Shown here: one piece after another, positions 63,482-64,000 of the stretch | How positions within the stretch are numbered: the stretch's first letter is position 1 | Layout: each line of letters starts with the position of its first letter | DNA from: Malacoraja senta | Taxonomy: Eukaryota | Direction of reading: 5' to 3' | NCBI GenBank assembly: GCA_038087875.1 | Contig: CM075995.1 | Span: forward strand, 10,294,001-10,358,000 | DNA: 64,000 nt | The notes under the pieces: generated by a model | What the model was told of the DNA's origin: nothing | Seen by the model: the letters and a program-made list of their open reading frames with translations, nothing else | The model's database searches: none | Made by a program: the position numbers and the translations under genes

Positions 63482-64000
63482 GTAAGTATTCATAAGCAAT
63501 CGCCGAATCTATTCACTGACGGCGTCGTCTTCTACAAATCCCACTGTTACTGGAGCAATGATAACATGAGTGGGTAAAAAAGAGAGATGCTGCAGGTTAC
63601 GAATTGTTTCATTGCAGACAAAATTGAAATTGTGCTCCTCTGCTCCAGATGCGGTACACAATGACACAGAGCCGTAGTTTACTTATGCAATGGCACGAGC
63701 TGCTTTCGTATCGCTTTTACGGTGGGGGTTAATAAAACAAGGTGCATAAGTCTATAATCCACGTTATGTAATTTGAACAATCGGATTGCATTGGCAATGT
63801 TCAAGTAATCATTGCCTATTGTATGAGTGAGAGATCATGCAGTCGCAATCCAGTCAATGTTACGTACTGCGGATCCTGGTTTAAACCGAAGATAGCCACA
63901 AAAATCCGGAATAACTCCGCGGGTCAGACACCTTTGCTGGAGAAAATAAATAGTTCACGTTTCTGCTCGCGACCTTCCTTCAAATTGTAGGAAGAAGGGT

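Noticed and set aside
1..64000. Prokaryotic system (CRISPR array, retron, DGR or RT-linked defence locus) suggested by repeats next to RT ORFs
   Set aside because: GT-AG introns and vertebrate LINE/LTR families are present. All RTs are broken CR1, L1, L2, Rex, RTE or Gypsy copies. There is no repeat-spacer array, and no adenine-specific template/variable repeat pair was apparent.

Overview
Vertebrate genomic DNA, probably a cartilaginous fish such as a skate or ray (inferred from the repeat families, not proven). The window lies inside one very large intron-containing + strand gene built from tandem F-type lectin (fucolectin/FTP) domains. Each domain is a two-exon module: exon A is 280 bp (phase 1 to 2) and exon B is 161 bp, or 434 bp when extended (phase 2 to 1). 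I find 22 open exons with GT-AG boundaries, covering 10 complete and 2 partial domains (~6.16 kb CDS, ~2,050 aa), and no start or stop exon in the window. All 11 visible A exons carry Arg where the canonical fucose-binding His lies, and 8 of 11 also lack the third triad Arg. Five modules come from a recent ~5.26-kb tandem amplification (18614-45324) whose B exon adds a Pro/Thr-rich linker made of 8-aa repeats. Two further modules survive only as deletion fossils. The introns contain CR1 LINEs, a Mag-like Gypsy provirus, two 5'-inverted L1s, an RTE with nested L2 and Rex elements, a hAT-like MITE, and palindromic repeats carrying minimal hammerhead-like motifs.
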